From Somniosus microcephalus (lineage: Eukaryota), in the NCBI GenBank assembly GCA_052327205.1, contig CM126202.1, positions 400,086,001-400,150,000 of the forward strand: a stretch of 64,000 nt of DNA, given 5' to 3'. The first letter of the stretch is position 1, and each line of letters begins with the position of its first letter. Of the stretch, positions 58,822-64,000 are shown in pieces. The notes beneath the pieces were generated by a model that was not told the DNA's origin, made no database searches, and saw nothing but the letters and a program-made list of their open reading frames with translations. A program made the translations under genes and the position numbers.

Positions 58822-59870
58822 TAATACACAAAATTCATTGTGAGCATCCTCAGGCTATCAGTAATTTGACAGTTTTTCTGATGTGCATTTGATTTGTCAT
58901 GTGAGCTGCAATATAAACTGTTGCTTCTTCCAAGCATTCCTGATTTCATGCATCACATCAGATTGTGTCCATACTTTATGCTGCATAGAATTGTGAAAAG
59001 AGTAACATTACTATAAAGGCAGGTGTAGTTTACTAGAAATTTTGTGACTTGCTTCCTGTATGTCACAAAAACCTAGTGCTGCACAAATGTATAGCAATTT
59101 AATTAACAGGAAATTTTCCAGTTTAAAGTATGTCAGATTAAGTCTCCACAAATCTGGTTTCTTAATTATAGTATTGCTGGAAATCCCTTACTTCAGTGAG
59201 ATCCTGGATGGAGATCATGGTAGAAAGGAATGTGTTGCTTCTGCGCTTTGTTCCATTCGCCCTTGGTGATGACTTATGGAATTTTGCTTCCCGATTGGGC
59301 AGTCCCTCTGTCATGGTGACTCACTAATTCAGCCAAAGTTTTACTGCTGGTGCTGGTTTTACTTCATCTCCCTGACCCCAGAAGGATTATATATGTACAA
59401 TTTTGTTCTGTATGCACTATTTGTATAATACTACATCCAGAAACAGTTTAAAAAATATAATTTAGGCAAGGAAAAACTAGGAATAGTCTAATCCTGCCAA
59501 CCCACCAAGGACAGTATTTTGAGTTGTTGGGCTTGGCAAACACAACTGTATATTACAAGTTCCTGGCAGCCTAACTTCTGACACTGATGCAATGGGCGCA
59601 CTCTCACATCTGTCACTAGCTGATGTTTTAGAGGTCGGAACAAGTAGACAAGGAAGTAAAAGATCATAGAATTGTACAGCACAGAAAGAGGCCATTCGGT
59701 CCATTGTGCTTGTGCCAGCTCTTTGAAAGAGCTATCCATTTAGTCACACTACCCTGCTCTTTCCCCATAGCTCTGCAATTCTGTGCGTTGATATTTGGAG
59801 ATGTTCCCCTACGTTAGGTGGATGGATATTTCCTTATTCATGCTTAGGCCATTGTTAGTACTGCATACTA

Positions 59871-60188
59871 CAGGAAACTTTGTGCTATCCGGCACCGACG
59901 GGACCGAGCTGTTGCCGTTCCCTCAAAACTGCCGGACAAACCAGCGTTAATGTTGAAGCATACGGAGCTTTCTCCGTATCTGGCAACAAACACTGTTGCT
60001 TAGCAACAGCTTCTAAACAGTCGGCCGTACCTTGGAAGCGTCTCTGTCGCTTAGCAACAGCCTCAGAGAGACTTTGCAGAGCCTGACTGTTGGAAAAAAA
60101 AAGCCACGAGAAACAAAACGGCTCCTGATTTTTGCCGGTGGCTCGAGCTTGCCGGACATTTAGCCTCCGGATAACACAAAGTTTCCTG
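59871..60188. mobile_element. Tc1/mariner-type MITE (opposite orientation to the 58487 and 62353 copies)
   Basis: TA|CAGGAAACTTTGTGCTATCCGG...CCGGATAACACAAAGTTTCCTG|TA. Confidence 0.88.
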
Positions 60189-60359
60189 TAATGTGAAAGT
60201 GATTGCATATATTAAATGAACACCCTTGCCTCTTGAGTGGAATCAAGTGCACCTTTGAAACCAGCAGTTGGTGTTCATTGCTTTTTATCTCTTGCTCTTT
60301 AACTGACAAACTTTGCAGGTCTGGTGCTTTGTAAATTAAAGGTGTTTTTCTTGCTTTAG

Positions 60360-60491
<132 letters not shown>

Positions 60492-62352
60492 TAGCACAGT
60501 ATGGTGCTGCATGGATTAGAACAACTTATACTGTACTAAGTTGAAGTAGACAAGTGTGGAATATAATTGATCTGTAGCAGTTTCACTGATCTCAGCACCG
60601 AAACTGGCTGGAGAGCAGCCTTTTGTGATGTAGGGAGCTGCATAAAGTTTGCGCCTTTTTCTAAACTACAAATTAAGCGGTCCCGTCTACTCTGATCTCA
60701 GAATGAAGTTCAAGGTTGCTATTGGCTCTAGAATTTTGATATATTACAGATTGTGTAAAATACTTTGTTGCCTTTTACTAATTTTCATTTTTATTTCACT
60801 CATTTATTTATTTCCTTCAGTGGGAATTGAGAATTAAACATTTTTTTGATGTTTCAGTTTTAATTTAGTCTTCCCAGCAACTTTTGACAAGCCAGTTTCA
60901 TCTTGATGGCAACAGAGCTTACTCACACTGCTAAGCAAGGGTAAAGTGACTGACCTGTCACGGTTCAGGAATCTTTGGCTGTTTTTTCACAAAGTGTTTG
61001 GACACTGCTATGTTAAGATGTGTGTTTTAGCAAAAATTTGCCAAAAGTGGGGTGCATGGCACCATTGTGCAATAAAGCAGTTTATAATTCAAACCAAACT
61101 TCTGTTCACCCAGTGTTAACTTAGTCCACCTTCAGAAGCATCAATAGGCAAACTAATGGTATTTACAATGCAAGATAGGAAGTTCTGTCAGAGACCAAAA
61201 TGATGAACAATTCATGCACCTGGTCTGGTTGTTCAGTAGATGACTTTGCACCTTGGTGTTGGAAACCTTTTTTTAAATTTCATCAGGGGCTGCGAGAGAG
61301 AGGCTTTTAAAAATCAGAATAGAGACACCAGGAGTGAGTCGAGCAGCAGAAAGGAACGAACAACTCCCCTGATTGGTAGAACAGGGTACAGAGAGATTGC
61401 GCTTTTAAGTTGAATTGGATGACCAATTTGGACACTAAGGGAATCGAGGGATATGGGGATAGGGCAGAAAAGTGAAGTCGAAGGTCAGCCATGATTTTAT
61501 TAAATGGCGGAGCAGGCTGGAGGGGCCGATTGACCTACTCCTGCTCCTATTTCTTATTTTCTTATGACCAATGGGCTAGTATTGCATGTTCTTTTATCTT
61601 TGTAACGGTACCAACTCCATCAAGCAACTCATAGAATTTACAACACGGAAATGGGCCGTTCAGCATAATCACTTAATATTGGTGTTTATCCTCCTAATCC
61701 CATGTGCCACCCTGTTCCCATATCACTTTATAACCCTTTTCTTCAATCACCCATCTAGCCCCTTCAATCTGCTGTCTAACCTATTCTTAAACATTGACGT
61801 GCTCTCTATTTTAATTACTAACATTCCACAGTCCTACAAACCTTCTGTATATTAAATGAAAATTTTCCTGCTCTTTGTCCTAAATCTCTCATATTTAATC
61901 TTGTATTTATGCCCCCTCATTCTAGACCCTAAGCCACTGAAAACAATGTTTCCATCTAATTTGCTCATCCCTTCTTCATTTTGAATACCTCTATCAAATC
62001 ACCCTTTATTCTCCTCTGTTCTAAAGAAAACAGTCCCAATTTTTCAAGTCTGTCTTAATATTTGTGTCTCTTCATACCAGGCAGCATGCTGGTGAATCTG
62101 CAATGTCCTCTCTCTATTGCCTCAATATCCTTCCGATAGTGTGGAGCTCAAAACTGCACATACAACTCCAACTGTAGTTTTACTTAAGTTTTTTTTATAT
62201 AGATTCATCAAACATCTCGACTTTTATATTCTATACCCCTTGCATTAAAGCCCAGTATTTCATTAGTTTTTTTTCAATGGTCATATCCACTTGAGTTGCT
62301 GGTGCTTTCTCTGCTATTCCACATCACACAACTTTCATCCATTTAAAGAATA

Positions 62353-62683
62353 CAGGAAACTTTGGTTTATCCGGAGGTTAACTGCCCGGAATGCTCGAGC
62401 TACCGGCAAAAATCAGGAGCCGTTTCGTTCGTTTTTTTTTCTTTTCGTTGCTTTTTTTTCACCAGTCAGGCTCTGCAAGGTCTCGCTGAAGCTGTTGCTA
62501 AGCTACAGAGACGCTTGCAAGGTACGGCCGACTGTTTAGAAGCTGTTGCTAAGCAACAGGGTTTGTTGCCAGATACGGAGCTCAAAATCTCTGTGTTTCA
62601 ACATTAGCGCTGGTTTGTCCGGCAATTTTGATGGGATGGCAACAGCTCGGTCCCGTCGGTGCCGGATAGCACAAAGTTTCCTG
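62353..62683. mobile_element. Tc1/mariner-type MITE
   Basis: TA|CAGGAAACTTTGG...GCACAAAGTTTCCTG|TA; sits in an old minus-strand CR1 (about 61630-62870). Confidence 0.88.
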
Positions 62684-63366
62684 TATTACTTTTTTTTAAT
62701 CAAAATGTACCACTTAATAGTCACTAGCATGAAATTCCATCTGCCACTTTTTGTCCATTGCACCATGTTGTCACTATCCCCTTGCAGCTTCCTTGGGTCC
62801 TCAGAATTATTTATTATTTTAGTATCATCAAATTTGAAAACCAGTCCCTCTAGCCCTATATCCACACCATGATTCTTACCAATCCCATTGTTCTCTGTTT
62901 TTCTTACTCTCTGCAGTAAAGCATCTTAAGATTTAAAATTTCGCCTCATCCGGTGTTAACTCTCTCCACTTTCGGAGAGATTGAAGGGTACACTTGTCCG
63001 GTCTGAATCACAAGGCTGTTTCATTATTACACTCTTGTCCTGCTACTGCACAAGTAGTTATAAAGCAGCAGAAATTAGTTTACATGTTAAGTGGTCAGAG
63101 TGCCTACTTTTTAAGTGACTGGCACCACTAAGCCCTAGGGCATATCTACGATAGGCTTGAATTTGTAACATGGCTCTCAACATTTTCTCTTTTGTTGCAC
63201 AGTATGGGAAGGCTCCACTTCCATTATTGCAAAACTTATCATCCTTAACCTACAGTTATATATAGTGGTAGTTGGGAAGAGCAAGATGATGGCAAGCCCC
63301 ACCAATTGAAGCATATCAAAACCTGTGTATCAATTGCAGCATACGGGACTTGATATGCTTAATCAC

Positions 63367-64000
63367 TATTATTACGTCCGTGAATGATTGAGACACGGAC
63401 AGCAGGAGTGGAACAAAATAAGTCTTTACTGGTGGAAGTCAATAGTGAAACTAAAAACAGAGGCTCGCTAGCGCCTTTTATACAGGGGTGGTCACTGCCG
63501 GTACTGCAGTCTGAGACCAGTTATTCTCTTAAAGGTGCATACACAACAATTCCTCCCCTTTTTAGATAAACAGTACATAACATTCATTTAACAACTAAAT
63601 GGTAACTAATTACAATCACAATTACGGTTGCTAGATACATTGGTTAAGTTTAAGCAATTATAGGTTCAGTCTTTGAGGAGGCTTCCTGATTCTGTCTGGA
63701 TAACGCCTCTTTGGGGTATCAGGTTCTTCTGGCAATGTTGAGTCGAGATCAATGTCGTTGTTTGGTTCATCTGCTTCCAATATCACCGATTCTGCGGTAG
63801 CTGCAATTTGTACGTCGATTTCATTGCCAGGTGTATCAGATCGTGGTGTGGAGTTAACGTTTTCCAGTGACTCTAGAATCTGGTCAGCATGGCGTCTTAC
63901 AATGCTCTCTCCAATGTCCACGGTATACATGAGAGGTACTTGCCGTGTACAAATCGTTCCTGGCTGCCATTTCTCAGTGCGGTAGTCCCGGGCCAAAACT
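63367..64000 (-). mobile_element. Gypsy-type LTR retrotransposon: integrase C-terminus, polypurine tract and 3' LTR (about 63367-63548)
   Basis: ARDYR..KWQPGTI..MYTV..RRHADQI..RRYPDRIRKPPQRL; PPT AAAAAGGGGAGGA then TGTTGTG; TATAAAA and AGTAAA in LTR. Confidence 0.85.

Noticed and set aside
59265-59378. C/D box snoRNA (GTGATGA...CTGA)
   Set aside because: Only a 2-bp terminal stem, no clear C'/D' boxes or recognisable guide; expected by chance

Overview
Vertebrate genomic DNA, very probably a shark or other chondrichthyan, judging by its DeuSINE, CR1, Penelope and Harbinger repeat complement. The whole window lies inside the + strand O-GlcNAc transferase gene (OGT). Coding exons 2-17 (about aa 13-745 of the 1036-aa isoform: TPR repeats, N-catalytic lobe, start of the intervening domain) are all present with GT-AG junctions and one continuous reading frame. 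Exon 1 and exons 18 onward lie outside the window. Most introns are packed with transposon remains (CR1, L2, RTE, Vingi-like, Penelope, Gypsy, Harbinger, hAT, Tc1/mariner-type MITEs, tRNA-SINEs). The exception is about 6.4 kb covering introns 3-4, where I recognise no transposon. That region looks like a conserved post-transcriptional control module: a 3.2-kb intron 4 (the O-GlcNAc-responsive detained intron of mammals), candidate stop-containing decoy/poison exons, RNA hairpins, clustered UGCG motifs, and a non-coding version of the human mOGT start sequence. Other highlights are a minimal hammerhead ribozyme core in a Penelope terminus, a 1.27-kb near-perfect palindrome just after exon 9, inverted MITEs flanking exon 17, and a four-level nested insertion. 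Comparisons to human OGT are from memory and need alignment to confirm.
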